64,000 nucleotides of DNA, from NCBI RefSeq assembly GCF_009914755.1, contig NC_060934.1; one strand, 5' to 3'. The translations under genes were made by a program, and so were the position numbers. Position 1 is the stretch's first letter. Each line of letters starts with the position of its first letter. The notes below the pieces were generated by a model, which was given only the letters and a program-made list of their open reading frames with translations, did not search any database and was not told the DNA's origin. Below, in pieces: positions 25,153 to 39,289 of the stretch. Source of the stretch: the human T2T-CHM13v2.0 reference genome, Homo sapiens.

Positions 25153-28030
25153 TCTTCTACACTTTTTGTTGCATTTAGACCTAAGTATTTCATTTTTTTT
25201 GTGGGTGCTATTGTAAATGATAATGTGTTTTTAAGTTCAAATTCCACTTATTAATCAGTGGTATACAGGAAAACAATAGGCTTTTGTGTAATAGCTTTGT
25301 ATCCTGCAACCTTTCTTTAATCACTTTTTAGTTCCAGTAGTTTTTTTTTTTGTTTTTTTGTTTTTATTCTTTTGCATTTTCTACACAGGCAATCAAGCAG
25401 CCTGCAAAGACAGTTTTATTTCTTCCTTCTCATTCAGTACACCTTTTACATCATTTTCTTATGTTACTGCATTAGCTAGGAGTCCAGTACAAAGTAGAAA
25501 ATGAGTGGTGAGGGGACATTCCTATCTTCTTCCTGATATTAGTGAGAAAACTTCTAGTTTCTCATCACTAAGATATTAAATGTAGTTTTTTTGTAGATGT
25601 TTATCAAAGAGAGGAGGTTTTCCTTTATTCCCAGTTCGATGAGAGTTTTTCATTTATTTCAGCTTGTATAGATATTGGATTTTGTCCATGCTTTTTCTGC
25701 ATCTATTGATATAATCATGTGATTTTTCTTCTTTAGCCCGTTCAGGTGACAGTTTATGTTAACTGATTTTCAAATGTTCAAACAGCCTTGCATACCTGAG
25801 ATAAATCACACTTGGTTATCCTGTATATTTTTGTTTATTCAATATTGGATAATATTGGCTAATATTTTGCTGAAGATTTTTGCATCTATGTTCATGAAAG
25901 ACATTCATCTGTAGTTTCCTTTTCTGGTAATATTTTTGTCTGAATTTGGTAATACTCATAAAGTGAGTTGGCAGATGTTTCTTCTTCTGGGAGAGATTGT
26001 GCAAAACTATTGTTCTTTAACTATTTGGAAAAATTCCCCAGTATAGCCATTTTAGCATGAACGTTTCATTTATGGAAACTTTTCAATTACTAATTCAATT
26101 TCTTTAATGGTTATAAGATCATTCAGATTGTTTAATTCTTTTGGTTGAGTTTGGTAAATTGTAATTTTCAAAGAATTGATTAATTTTTTCTAACTTACTT
26201 AATTTATGACTGTCAAGTTGTTTGTAGGATTCTCTTTTTATTCATTTAAGTACTAGAAGACTGTAGTGACATTCCCTGATTCATTCTTGATATTGATAAT
26301 TTGTGTCTTTTTCTGCTTTCTGTTTTAATCTTTATCAGTCTTGCTAGATGTCTATAAATTTTAGTGATATTTTTCAAATAATCTGCTATTGGTTTTTTTT
26401 ATATTCTCTATTGTTTAAAAATAAGCACACATAAACCAAAATTAAAACTGTAATATCATTTGCAATTGATTTTCAGCTTCATTGATTTTTTTGCTCTTAT
26501 TGCTATTATTTTTTTTTCTTCTGCTTGCTTTGGGCTTATTTTTCTCTTCTTTTTCTTGTTTCTTGAAATAGGAATGTACGTTTTGAATTGAGACCTTTAC
26601 TCTTTAATGTAAGTATTTGGTACATAAATTTCTCTGTCAGCACTACTTTAACAGCATTCTAAAGATTTTAATATATTGTGTTTTTATTTTAATTTAGCTG
26701 TGTGTATTTTTGCATTTCCTCTGAGGCTTGTTTATTGATCTGAGAGTGGTTTATAAGTGTGTTGTTTAATTTCCAAGTATTTGAAGATTTTCTTGCTTTC
26801 TTTTAGTTATTGTCTCTTGGTTTGATTACATTGTAGTCAGAGAATATACACTAAATGACTTTAATTCCTTCATATTTGTTGAGTTTGTTTCATGACCAGG
26901 ACAATTTCTCTTGGTAAAAGCTTTATGGGAACTTAAAAAGAATGTGTATTCTGTTATTGTTACGTGGACTGTTTCATAAATGCCAATTACATTTTACACT
27001 TTTTACTGGTTGATGGTAATGTTCAGTTCCTCTATATCTTTGATAATTTCCTGTCTGGCAGCTCTACCAATTGCTCAGAGTGCAGTGGTCATGTCCCCAT
27101 TTATGATAACTCATATGAACACTAAACTTATTTTACTTGTCATTGTTTTGCTGGTGCATCACACACACACTTAGTTGGACTACTGGATAATCAAGCACTG
27201 ATCCTGGTTATAAAATCATACTTCATACTTCCAGTTTAGATAATTTGTTAATTGTGATAACAAACTTCTGTTTTTTAACATAATTTTTTAAAATGTTCTT
27301 TACTTAGGATAGAAAATAAGAAATCTTATTTCTTGATTATTTCTAAGTATCTGAAGAATTTTTAAATTTGTAAGAGGTTTTCAACTAAGAATATTTGGTT
27401 TTGCTGAGCGTAGCCTCAGGAAAAAAGATAAAATTTGAAAGTTTTTACTAGAATCTCCAAGACTTGATCATTTAGAAATAATCTGGCATCTGATATACTG
27501 TGTAAAATTTTGTGTATACTGACCCACCTGTACATCTAAATCAATATCCACATCTATTGTCAAACTTTGTCTCCGATTGATATTCACAATACTTTGCCAC
27601 TTGGTAAAATGTCTAAATTTCATTCAAACATTATATAACTAAATCTGACATCATTTAATTTTTAAAAGCAGTGAATTAATTGTGGTGCTTTTAATAGCAA
27701 TATAGCAAACTTTTATGAGGCTAAGGAAAAATATTATCAATATTAACTTTCACAAGGAAATTGAAGCTTACTAGAAACAATGCTTTAGAAGGATATTCTT
27801 CAGCCTGGTTATTTAGAGCTAAAGTTAACATACTCTTAATTAATAATTATTCAACCAAGTCTAATATGTGTTAATCACTGGGTAGTAAATCAGCAGCACA
27901 TGTCATGGTGTGATACCTGCCTTTAGATGGTAGTTAACTGCCAAACAATTCAACATGTAATAGAATATGGCTCGCAATTAGCTATTTTACTTTGGCACAT
28001 AATGGTTGTTTTTAAAGTTACCCAATCATG

Positions 28031-28354
28031 TTTGTTTATTTTTTGTTTGCTTGTTTGTTTGTTTTGTGACAGAGTCTTGCCCTGTCCCTAGGCTGGAGTG
28101 CAGTGGCGCAATCTTGGCTCACCGCAACCTTCGCCAACCTTCGCCTCCCTGGTTCAAGTGATTCTCCTGCCTCAGCCCCGCGAGTAGCTGGGATTACAGG
28201 TGCGTGTCACCACACCCAGCTACTTTTTGTATTTTTGGTAGAGATGGGGTTTAACCACGTTGGCCAGGATGGTCTCGATCTCCTGACCTCGTGATCCACC
28301 TGCCTCGGCCTCCCAAAGTGCTGGGATTACAGGCGTGAGCCACTGTGCCCAGCC
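28031..28354 (-). mobile_element. AluSc-like with (TTTG)n tail and a 10-bp internal duplication
   Basis: caaccttcgc x2 at 28125-28144. Confidence 0.95.
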
Positions 28355-28699
28355 TATGTTTTTCGTTCTCCTTATGATTATTGCATGATATTTGTAAGCC
28401 CTCTGGCTAGAGTTGAGATTATTTTTTTGGCCAAGGAAAATTTGCATGTCAACTTGTATTTATTTGTTTATACTTTGTATGTCACTTTTATTTTTGAAAC
28501 ATAATCATGGGGATCATTCTCATTTCTATTAGTAGTATGTGCTCTAACCGGCAAAACCAGGGAGGCATGTACTCTCACCATCAAGTTCCCAGGGTTGCTT
28601 TGCAAGTTTCCTAAAGGAAACCAGACATATTTAATCTATTCGTTTTGTTATATTCTTATGTATCTCTCTCACAGCTGGTAGTTTTTATAAGTCAGTTTG

Positions 28700-29515
28700 G
28701 AAAGAAATATTTATTGAAATATATCATGCTCCAGTTACTTAGTTATTTTGGTGAACAAGAAAGAGGTAATTCTTGCCTTTATGTAGTTTGTTGACTAGCA
28801 GGAAGAACATGCATGATATATTTAACACTAACTGATTAAGGAATCACACATAGATAAAGGCACTATGAGAAAGAAGTAAAGGATAATATACAAATGAATG
28901 ACATTATCAGTAAAGTCCTCCCTGACCAAATGACCGTTAAGCCGACACTGGAATAATGAATAGAAATGAGCTAGGCAAAGTGAAGTGGACAGAGTCTACT
29001 ATTGCCTTTACATACACACAGTGGAGAAGAGAACACGGCATTCTCAAGGAATTGAACTCAATGTGGCTGGGAGAGGCAAAAACAGAGGAAAGACATGTCT
29101 GGAGAGAGAAATGGGACCAGCTGATGGCGCACCTGTGCATCGTGCCAAAGACTTCGCTCTCATTTCCCAGGCAATGCAAACTTTTTGAAGACTATAAAAC
29201 TTGGGAACATCATAATTATATTTGCATTAACGACAACAAAATCACCATGGCTGCAGGTGAGGACTGAAGAGAAAGAACAGAGCACAGGATTGACCTTGAG
29301 GGTATGCAGACACCTGGGGGACAGATGATGGTGCTCCTACTCAACTATGGCAGACGCAGTGGGGCTAGTTAGGAAAGGGCACGTTCAAGAATGTACGACA
29401 ATTGATATCAAGGGTTAGATAGAAGGAGGAGATAAAGACGGGGCTGGTTTCTGGCATGAGTAACTGAGTAATTGTTGGTGTTATTTACTGAGACTGAGAA
29501 CAGCAAGGAAAAAAT
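28700..29515 (-). mobile_element. L2 fragment
   Basis: aaatatttattga...gtgaacaaga...ggtttctggcatgagtaactgagtaattgttggtgttatttactgagactgagaac. Confidence 0.75.
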
Positions 29516-29520
29516 AGCGG

Positions 29521-29573
29521 TGAGGTGAGAGGGTGGGACCTCGGCTATGAGGTGAGAGGGTGAGACCTCAATA
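29521..29573. repeat. ~27-bp tandem duplication
   Basis: tgaggtgagagggtgggacctcggcta / tgaggtgagagggtgagacctcaata. Confidence 0.85.
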
Positions 29574-30629
29574 TGATGCAATGGCACAAAGGAAAACACT
29601 TTGATGAATTGGAAAAGGATTCCAAATATAAAAGCATTTTGTGTTTATTACCAATAGTGTATACTGAACAATTGTTTCTAAACTTTAGAAATCCATTAAA
29701 AAATAGATGCTCAGAGTGTTAAAAGAATGTATGAACTTCAGCAGCCAGAGTTGGCCTGATTAATAGTCATCTTCCCCCAGGAATTTCAGAACCAAGGTAT
29801 TTCAATTAAAAGCTGCTGATTTTATCCTGGTAGAACTCATTCTTTTCTTTTTTTTTCTCTTTTTTTCTCCTCTGACTTTCTCTGGACTCTTTTCACTGTA
29901 TTTTCCTACTTCTCTACTTATTTTTTCTGATCTTTTCCTTATTCTCTCCTTTTCTCTGATATCCTTTCTTTACTTAATTTTATTTTAGAAAGCACACATA
30001 TCCTCAGCTTAAATAATCCCAAACTCATAAATTATCTTTTTTTATCGGCTTCCTTGACAATATCTCACCCAAACCTATATGAACTAGTCGCTCCTTTATT
30101 TACTTGATTGATTTGTTGATTTTAGCATACCTCTGTCTTTATATCTGCTGCTTTTGAAAACTAACTTTACAGAAAACAAAAAAACAAATTTATAGGAAAG
30201 CAATTCCTGTTGCATAAAAACATTTATCTTGGTGATTAGCCATACATTGTAAAATCGCTGGGCTATAGAGTCAGCCTTTCTTATTCTGTGTTATAAGAAT
30301 TGTCCAGTGCAGAAATTAATAGGTTTTGGGGTAGGTATTTTTTCCAGCGTCTCTCTTTTTTGTGTGGTGCAAACCTAATGATCTGTGTGCCCTTTACTAA
30401 AAAGATCAAGTGTCAGGACAACGTGCTGCCCTGCATTTTAGGGCTGGCACCATCATGGTAGACAGTTGCATGGGAATGGTATCATGTGAGGGAGTTGACT
30501 ATCCCCTGCTTCGAAGTAGTTCTGGAGATTCCTGAAAGCTCCACATAGATGAATCTTTTGATTATACTGATCTTTTCAGAAGATCTTACTTCTTGGTACT
30601 TAGTCACACTGGTGGTGCAAGGAGGACAA

Positions 30630-31050
30630 AGGTGTCAGACCGCCGAAGTTAATCCTTGGCTTCACCCTTCACTTGCTCTACTAAGTTGAGTGAGTACTAG
30701 CCCCTCCTCCCTTCAGATTCAATACTCATAGCATCATTTATAAATGTGGATGAAAATTATATCTAAATTTGTAGAATCATTGTGAGAATTGAGTGTGTTA
30801 CATTAATTAAGAATTAAATGAGATTTTAGCATCTGGCACATAGTCATTATTTAATAAATTCAGCTATCATTAATGGAGAGCTTTTTAATTGTCCAACTGT
30901 ATTAAATTTAATATCTCTAGCCCTCACAACACTCATCTTAGGTAGGTTTATTATTCTCTTCCCAGACAAGAAAACTGAGCAAACTGATTTTTAGTAACTC
31001 ATTCCTGCTCGGATTGTAAGAGGTAGATATAGGAATTGAATCCATTTCAG
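30630..31050. mobile_element. Two MIRs in opposite orientation (+ then -)
   Basis: catttataaatgtggatgaaa...gcatctggcacatagtc (+); ccctcacaacactc...taggtaggtttattattc...aagaaaactgag (-). Confidence 0.65.
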
Positions 31051-32017
31051 CCTTACTGTGTAGTTAATATTTTGCTTTAGCCTCTCAAATACCCCAGGGA
31101 CATAGAACGATCTCCTTATTGAATAGAATTATCTCATTAGATGACTTTAAAAATGAATGCACATAATACATTTTGGCTTCTTCAAATGACCTATTATGTT
31201 ACTGATAATTTCCAGTAATTAAATCTATACAGAGGTCTATGACAGGAAGCTTCTTCTTGTTTTTTATCTACTCTTATTTTTTATAATCAAGATATTCTGT
31301 CAATGCCACAAACGTTGGAAACAAAAATACCTTTGTTTTCTATTGCAGATAATAGGCCCATGACATGTTCAACGTTGCATTCAGTATTGTTGGAACATAT
31401 TCATTTGCCCAGCAAAAGTCTGCTCAATTTATTTTCTTTGATGTAATAACAGATCAGCAGCATTTTATTAGTGGTTTTACTCAACCACCTGATTTAAAGT
31501 ATAGTATGTTTCTGCTAATAACCACATGAGTAAACATTCAGGGGAAAAATGCAATTAGAAATCTAGATATTTCATCTAGCTGTAGCAGAAAATTTAAGAT
31601 ATTTCAATGCATCTGGGCCACCGTAACTCTGTAAAGTGCTTTTATTTCTTTTCAGTGATGCAGGAAGAAGTGGAGAAATTTGGCTAAAGGTTTAGTAAAT
31701 TGATTTGCACCTTCCAACTGCAGGTGTCTTCTCAAAGATGCATCAGAAAGCAAGATTTGTATCAATGCCCTGAAAAGAATTAAAGTTCATCAACATGTGT
31801 TCTACTGGTCACTGCAAAGTGAAGTGAGGAAAGGGACCCACAGCATAACCCTATGTCACCCAGTGCAAATCTAGAGGGTGAACACCAGTGACTGCTCAAG
31901 CTCAGAATCAGTCTTCACAACACAGATCAGGAGAGCACTACACTGAAGTCCTCCCAGCCCCTGCCACTTGTTAATTTTATAACCTTTGCCAAGTCACTTA
32001 ATCTCCAAGCATCCTAA

Positions 32018-32286
32018 CTTTCTTTTTTTCTTTCTTTTTTTTTTTTTTTTTGAGACAGAGTCTTGCTCTGTTGCCCAAGCTGGAATGCAGTGGTGTGATC
32101 TCGGCTCACAGCAACATCTGCCTCCTGGGTTCAAGTGAACACGTCCAGCTAATTTTTTTTATTTTTAGTAGAGACGGGTTTTCACCATGTTGGCCAGGCT
32201 GGTCTCGAACTCCTGACCTCAAGTGATCTGCCTGCCTCGGCCTACCAAAGTGCTGGGGTTACAGGCATAAGGCACCGCACCCGGCC
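32018..32286 (-). mobile_element. AluSx/Sz-like with an internal right-arm deletion
   Basis: ttcaagtga|acacgtccagctaatt lacks the ttctcctgcctcagcc...ggattacagg block. Confidence 0.93.
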
Positions 32287-33067
32287 TAACATTTTCATTT
32301 TTACAACGTGTGTGTGTATTGGGTGGGGGGGGTGGGGGCGGGCATGTGTGTGGAGGGAGTAGAGCTATTCAGGTGAAAAAACGTCAAAGACTGTTTTAAT
32401 CTGTAGCTTATATAGCTGTCTCGCATATGCCACACAGCAATTATTTTTGTGAAATCATTTCTATTCTATGTGCGATTATAAATTCTAGAGACTTGTATTG
32501 GGGAGAGGCTTACCTATTGCTCCTGTAAAGCAAGGCTCAATAAAACAGACCAGATATGTGTGTGTGTGACACAGCCATTGGAAAGTCCTGAGCGTCTCCT
32601 CTTGGGGCAGAGCTGTGCCATTTCCCAACTGGTTCTGCCAAAACTCAAGGTCGGAGTCACGGTTGCAGAGGAGAGCAGAGTGAAAATACACTAATACATT
32701 CCCCATCAAAGTGAGTTTCATTTGAGTTTCACAGAATGAAGTATAAAATAGGCAATTTGTTTTTGCTTTGAAAATACTAAGTATATCAGAAAAATACTGT
32801 GTAGGAATGTTTCTAAGGGATTAAAATAGTTTGGTAAAATTACAACTGCTGGTAAGAAAGTGTTTATCTTCTTCATACAAAAAATAACCAAATATCTGAA
32901 TAATATCCACATACATTAAATAAAATTCAGCAGCTCTGATTTGTACACTTATATTTAACCATTAAATATCATCTTTCACATTTTTTCAATCCTTTGGGGT
33001 TTTTTTTTGTCTTTTTTGCTTCTACTGTGGTAGAACTGTATAGAAATGTATACGTAAAAGTTGATAT

Positions 33068-33195
33068 CTATTGGGAAACTATGGCTCACTGGCCAAATCC
33101 AGCCCTGCTGTTTTTGTTAGGCTGATAAGCTGAAAGTCTTTTGCTTTTTGTCTTTCATTTTATTTTCTCTCCTACAAACGGTTAAAGAACAAAAG
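33068..33195 (+). mobile_element. MER58-like hAT-Charlie terminal fragment
   Basis: ttgggaaactatggctcactggccaaatccagcc...tgtttttgt. Confidence 0.55.
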
Positions 33196-34248
33196 TTAGT
33201 ATTAATGTGTAAAATAATTTGCTTTATTCATAAAACACAAAGACTAGACTGATTTGCAGAATCTGTCCAGCCACAGAACTGGAAAAGGTCAAGGTAGTAA
33301 TACTGGTCATATCCGATACAACTCAAGAAAGGTAGTTTCCAAGCCTATGGAACCCCTACATTAGTCAATTTTATAAAATGTTCTGTCATCTTCAAAAATA
33401 TTGGAGAGGCACTATTTTGTCACCAGATTTAAAATAAAACAACATGTAATTGCAAAAACTAATAGTATATATTTTTGAAAATATTTCATAATTCGTGTTT
33501 TCTACTCATTCGAACTGTGCATTTCCTGTAATAATTAGTGTGAATTAATTAGACCTCACTATATTGGTTTTACATGGTTTTCTGCTTTTTTCTCCCTAAA
33601 TATTGGCCAATCATTTGTATTCATTAGTGTTCTGAAGAAAGAGAAAATAAATAAAACAATTATATCCAAAACTATCATGAGATTATAATTTATGGAATCC
33701 TTAATTAACTATATATGGATTATTCACTCTCTGCTGGAGAAAAAAACACCAGAAAGGTAGAGAATAATTCAGTGCTTGTGAATTACAGCCTATGTTAGGG
33801 ACAGGAAAAAATTAAAGACGCAAAAGAAAACCAAACAACCAAACAAAAACAGAAAAAAGTTATCAGTTTTCTGAGTTGACCAGACTAATAGAAAATTGCG
33901 AAGCTTTTAGACACTTTTTCTTGTTTATTGTCATACGGTCACGGGAGAAAATATTTTATAACTTGATTGGCTTAAATATTGAAAGTAATGTTAGCTGTAG
34001 AAATATCGATGAGCTATGCCAAAGAAAGGTAATTGAATTATTGGTAGGATTGGGCACTAGGGCTGCATGATGGTTTATATCTAAACATTTGCTAGTCAAA
34101 AGATGCAGACGTGACCTACTCCCCTTATTTGTTTCAAGATAAAAACTCTAAAGATGAGAGTACCATGTTTCAGCTCACATGCATTTGCATTTGTCTGTAG
34201 TCAATTAGGATTATCAACACTTCTGAATAATTCTCAATTGAATTCAGC

Positions 34249-34466
34249 TTTTTTTTTTTTTTTTTTTTTCAGACAGAGTTTCGCTCTCGTTGCCCAGGCT
34301 GGAGTGCAATGGCAAATCTGGGCTCACCACAACCTCCGCCTCCCAGGTTCAAACAATTCTCCTGCCTCAGCCTCCTGAGTAGCTGGGATTACAGACATGC
34401 ACCACCAAACCAGGCTAATTTTGTATTTTTAGTAGACACGGGGTTTCTCCATGTCGGTCAGGCTGG
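34249..34466 (-). mobile_element. 5'-truncated AluSp/Sq-like
   Basis: gagtttcgctctcgttgccc...ggtttctccatgtcggtcaggctgg; perfect 14-bp TSD ttgaattcagcttt. Confidence 0.95.
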
Positions 34467-35579
34467 TTGAATTCAGCTTTCTAAGTTTTAACATTTCTTG
34501 AGAAACTATTTGGTTATTAATAGAGTCCAATGTCTGCATGAAGCAGAGTAATAATTGCTTCGTCAGATAAATAACTTCGAATATTAGGACAACACAATCT
34601 TTTTTCTGAATTTTAAAAAGTTTATTCAGGATTTCAGTTGATTTAAGCTAGAAAACCTGGATGTATAAAGCTTTTAGCTCTAATCCCCCAAGATAGTCAA
34701 CCCAATAAAATAATAACTGTGGACTTGTGCTTCCTGAGGCTTTTGACAGATTTGCCCTTGCGGGTGCCTCTGCTGGCAAACTCATTCCTTGGGTGCTATT
34801 TTATTTTTCTGAGTACAATCATAACCCTGTTTGCTCTGCAGCATGATGTGACAGCCTGTGGACTATGTCTGCTATTTATTTGAAACACAGTAAGATATAT
34901 TGTCAGCCTCTGGGTGAAAGTTATTAGATTAGTACCAAAGTGTATGTGTTTTGACTGCTGGAAATAAGATGTGAAAAACCAGGGCTTCGCACTCTTTTGC
35001 TAAGTATGTCTGTTTTGTCCACTAATGAATCAGATTTGTATTATCTAATGTTTTAAGTGAAGGGCTCATTTTTCCAGAGGTTAGAGTGCTAGTCCTATCA
35101 CTTAGAAGTAAATATGCTTTCACTCTTGAGGGAGCCATCTATTGGATTAGACGGAGTCTATAGGTCAGAATGGGTAAAAGATGCCATTGACTTTGAATGC
35201 TCATCCTAGTGGGGAAATTTTCATCTTCTGGTTATTTGTCCTGTGGTGAAGGGAGAAACTACTTGACAAGACAGTGCCACAAATTTTGGTGAATGATAAG
35301 CTATCTATTGAAGGTGCTTGTTCAGTATAATGTAATTGCAGAGTCTAGAAGGAGTTCTGCCTCAGCAAGACTTGTTAAGGCCACCAAGCATTTTTCTGTG
35401 AATCACCATTTCATACTATCTTGATTTCTTTTTTTCTCCCTTTCTTTTCCTGTTTTTAAAAATTAACCTTTATTGTGCTAATAAGATATTGGGTATGTGT
35501 GTTGCTGAAAAAAAGTCCTTCCTCCTAGGTTTTATGGTTGATGGATAGTACAAATTCATCCTTAAATTCTGCCCACTTG

Positions 35580-36335
35580 ATCTGCATGTCTTTGTGTCTG
35601 TCCACTTCTCTTCACTGTGCCTCCACTACAATGCTGCCACTTTGTCACTTATCTGGACTCAGATGGAGCCTCCGGAGGACTCAAGATCTGTGCTCTCAGG
35701 CCTGTTTCCAATTTATTTTCCACATCACACCAGAGTAGTCTTTGGGAAAAGCAAATCTGATCCTATCCCTTCCCTTCCCCAAGCCCCTTTCTATTAGAAT
35801 AAAGGAAAACCCTCATGAGTCAAGGGTGCAGAGTTCTGTGTGGCCCTTCACTTACTTGCTGACTATTCATGGAGTGCCTGTTTGTGCCCTATGCTGTTCT
35901 AGGCAGGGCCTTTGCACTGTTGGTGCTCACGTTGAATGGTGCAGGATCCTCTGTCCACATCTCCAGCCTGACTTTGAGCACCCCTCGTCCCATGCACAGG
36001 GCATGCTTTCAGTCCTTTCCCCTGGTCCTGCTCCACCATCTCCTTCTTTCTACCCTTTCACAGGACCTCAGGTCCAGTGTCCCTGCTACAGGAAAGCCTT
36101 CCTTGTCTTCCCTGATTAGGTACTCCTGCGATCATATGCCGTCTTAGCCGAATGTACTTCTCCATACATTTTTGCATTTGGGTGTGATTACTTAACCAAT
36201 GTCTCACACCACCATTTGAAGGTAAGTGTTTTGAGGTCTGAGACTGCCATTTTTGCTGGGTCACTTTATCTTCAGTGCTTATCACAGGGCCTCGTGTACA
36301 ATAACCATCAATAGACACTTGTTAGGTGAGTGATT
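35580..36335 (+). mobile_element. L2 3' region
   Basis: ccagagtagtctttgggaaaagcaaatctgatcc...ggaaagccttccttg...tcaatagacacttgttaggtgagtga. Confidence 0.75.
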
Positions 36336-36644
36336 CCTACCCACACCTTTGGGAATAACCCATAAAAATATTGAGTTTTGTCTCACTTTGATCCGCTACA
36401 CCTCAATTTGTGACATATATTATTTGCTAGTGATTTTATATTCTCTCAAGAAAATGGGGTGAAAAACCACTAGCAAAAATAAGCCTGTGTAGTAAAGTGA
36501 ATGGTTCCAAATAAATATACAAAAATTAATAGCTTTGTCTTTACAGTTTGAGTTTATTCTTGCCCTTCTTATTCACCTAAGTTAATAATTTTTTATTTAC
36601 CTGTCTTTAAAACATGATTATACATCACCAGTAGGGACTCTGTC

Positions 36645-36816
36645 CCATTGCTTTATTTTTTCCATAGCACTTACTACCATCTGATACACTGTATAATTTA
36701 CTTATTTACTGTTTATTGTTTTGTGTGTCCCCCATCCCAGAATGCTGAATCCTCATTACCTAGAACCATGCATAGGACATAGTAGATATTCAATCAATAT
36801 TTATTAAATGAATGAA
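36645..36816 (+). mobile_element. L2a 3' end
   Basis: ttccatagcacttactaccatctga...acatagtagatattcaatcaatatttattaaatgaatgaa. Confidence 0.8.
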
Positions 36817-36995
36817 CTAGTCATCTTTACCTTAATTTTATACTATTAACTTAAAAATTATATCACATCTGGGATGTGGGTGTTTTCTATTTTTATTAGG
36901 TAGTACAGAATCATGATACTTATATAATAGTATATTATAAAATAAAAAGATGAAAGTAGAACCTTCCATCACGCAGTTGAAGAAATGGATTATTA

Positions 36996-37312
36996 TTATT
37001 ATTTTTTGAGATGGAGTCTCGCTGTGTTGCCCAGGCTGGAGTGCAGTGGCACAGTGGCACAATCTCGACTCACTGCAACCTCTGCCTCCTGGGTTCAAGT
37101 GATTCCCCTGTCTCAGCCTCCTGAGTAGCTGGGATTACAGGTGCCTGCCACCACGCTTGGCTAATTTTTTTTTTTTTTTTTTTTTGGTATTTTTAGTAGA
37201 GACGGGGTTTCACCGTATTTGCCAGAATGGTCTCAATCTCCTGGCCTCATGATCCGCCCACCTCAGCCTCCCAAAGTGCTGATATCACAGGTGTGAGCCA
37301 CTGTGCACGGCC
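36996..37312 (-). mobile_element. Alu (Sc/Y-like) with an 8-bp internal duplication
   Basis: agtggcac x2; TSD agaaatggattatta / agaaatgggattatta. Confidence 0.95.
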
Positions 37313-37319
37313 AGAAATG

Positions 37320-37560
37320 GATTATTAACATTGAAGGTCCTCATGCATCCTTATCCCATTCGCCCACCCCCACCTTTATGTGAGTATACTCCTGAATTGA
37401 TATTTTTTAAAACATTGCCTGCATTTTCTTTGTAATTTTACCCCATATGATTATTTAATCACACAATGTATTATTTAATTTTGTGTTTTTAAATTTGTAA
37501 AAATTATATCATACTGGGAGTATTCTTCGGCTACTTGGTTTCAAAGAGCCACTCCTGTTG
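37320..37560 (-). mobile_element. L1ME-like 3' fragment
   Basis: aaatttgtaaaaattatatcatactgggagtattcttcggctacttg. Confidence 0.5.
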
Positions 37561-37563
37561 AAA

Positions 37564-37685
37564 TGTATTATTCAGGGTTCTGGCACAAAATAACATTCAT
37601 TAATTTGATTTAAATGAAGAGATCTGAATGAAGATATTATTTGAAGCCATGTGGGCAAGGTTAAGAAGACAGATAAGGTGACTGT
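37564..37685 (-). mobile_element. Ancient ERVL LTR fragment
   Basis: tgtattattcagggttctggc...aatgaagatattattt...gtgggcaaggttaag. Confidence 0.4.
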
Positions 37686-38109
37686 ATGAAGGCAGCATAG
37701 CATACTGAATAAGAGCAGAGAGAATAATCAGAGTGCTTGTGTTCAAACCTTGGTTTCACTCTTACTGTTCAACATCAGGCACATCGCTATGTTTTCTAGT
37801 GTCTTTGTATGTCTACTTATAAAATGGAGATGGTAAGAAATAGGCTACATTTTCTACCCCCAAAACTTTCATGACAGTCTTTATGAAATCTAAAGATTCA
37901 AGGAGGATTTAGCAGTAAATCAAGAATAGAGCACTTGGTTGAATAATACTATTTACCGCACAAGGATGTGTGAATTACATGAGCTAATCTATGTAAATTA
38001 CATAGAATTGTGTGAGTATAGAGTGAACACTACCTAAATGTTAGCTGATTCTATTATTATCATTACTGTTGTCATCATCATCATTATCACTGAATGATAT
38101 TATTGTTTT

Positions 38110-39222
38110 AACCTCTGCTATATGTGCAATGTTTCTTAGATTTTTACCTGAGTATTTTATATTTTTATGCTTTGTAAATGGTACTGTTTTAAAATTTTTG
38201 ACTCCAATTGTTTATTGCTATTATACAATATTAGAGTTCATTTTTGTCTATTTACCTGGTATCCTGTGACTTAATGATGAGTTCTAGGTGCTTTCTTGGA
38301 CGTTCTCTGGGACTGTCCACATAGACAATCCTATCTTCTGTGAATGGAGAAAATTTTATTTTTTCTTTTTAAATCTATATGTCTTTCATTTGTTTTTACT
38401 GCATTTTGACACTTGTTAGGAATTCCAGTGAGATGGTGAATAAAAATGTGAGAGTTGATATATTTGCCTTGTTCTTGATTTTATAATGTTAGCTATAGAT
38501 TCTTGGTAGCAGCCCTTGATCACGTTAAGAGCAGTCTCTCTAATTCTGACTCTGTTGACAGTATTTGTCATGAATGGATGTTGAGTTTTCTCAAGTGCTT
38601 TTTCTCTTTCATTGGGAGGATTATTTCGTTTTCATCCTTTAGTGCACTACTATATAAAATTACATTAATTAGCCAATATTAAAGCAGCCCTGGATTCCCA
38701 AAATAAGCCCAAGTTAGTCATAATATAGAATTCTTACTATATGCTGCTGAATGTGATTTGTTAATGTTCAGTTTTGTATCTGTGTAAACGAGGAAACTGT
38801 GTCCAAAGTTTTCTTGTGATGTCTTTGGTAGATACTGGTATTAGAATAAAGGTGGCCTTATAGAATAGGTTGGAAAGTTTTGCTTTCTTATCTAATTTCT
38901 GGAAGTGATTGTGTAGAATTTATATTATTCCTTTCTTAAATGTTCTGTAAAATTTTCCAGCAACACCAGCACAGAAGGGTTGTTTGAAGTGTGAGGAATT
39001 TTAACTACAATTTCAATTTATGTAACAGGCACAGGTATAGGCAGATTATCTGTTTCTTCTTGAATTAGTTTTTATAACTTACGTTTTCAGAAGAACAGAT
39101 CCATTTCAATTGAGATGTCTAATTTCTGGACACAGAGTTGTCCATCCCAGGCATTCTCTTGTCATTCTTTTAATGTCTTTAGTCTCTGTAGTAATATTTC
39201 CACTTTAATTTTTGATATTAAT
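38110..39222 (-). mobile_element. Old L1M ORF2 region
   Basis: Collinear with the L1 at ~25150-26300 in this window. Confidence 0.8.
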
Positions 39223-39266
39223 ACTTTTTCTTTTGAGACGGAGTTTTGCTCTTGTTGCCCAGGCTG
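39223..39266 (-). mobile_element. Alu 3'-terminal stub
   Basis: ttttgagacggagttttgctcttgttgcccaggctg. Confidence 0.85.
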
Positions 39267-39289
39267 ATTATACAAAAGCTGGCTCAATT

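Noticed and set aside
29521-29573. Short direct repeats (also the 14-bp duplication at 48297-48324) as a CRISPR-like array
   Set aside because: Two copies only, no spacers; ordinary slippage duplications
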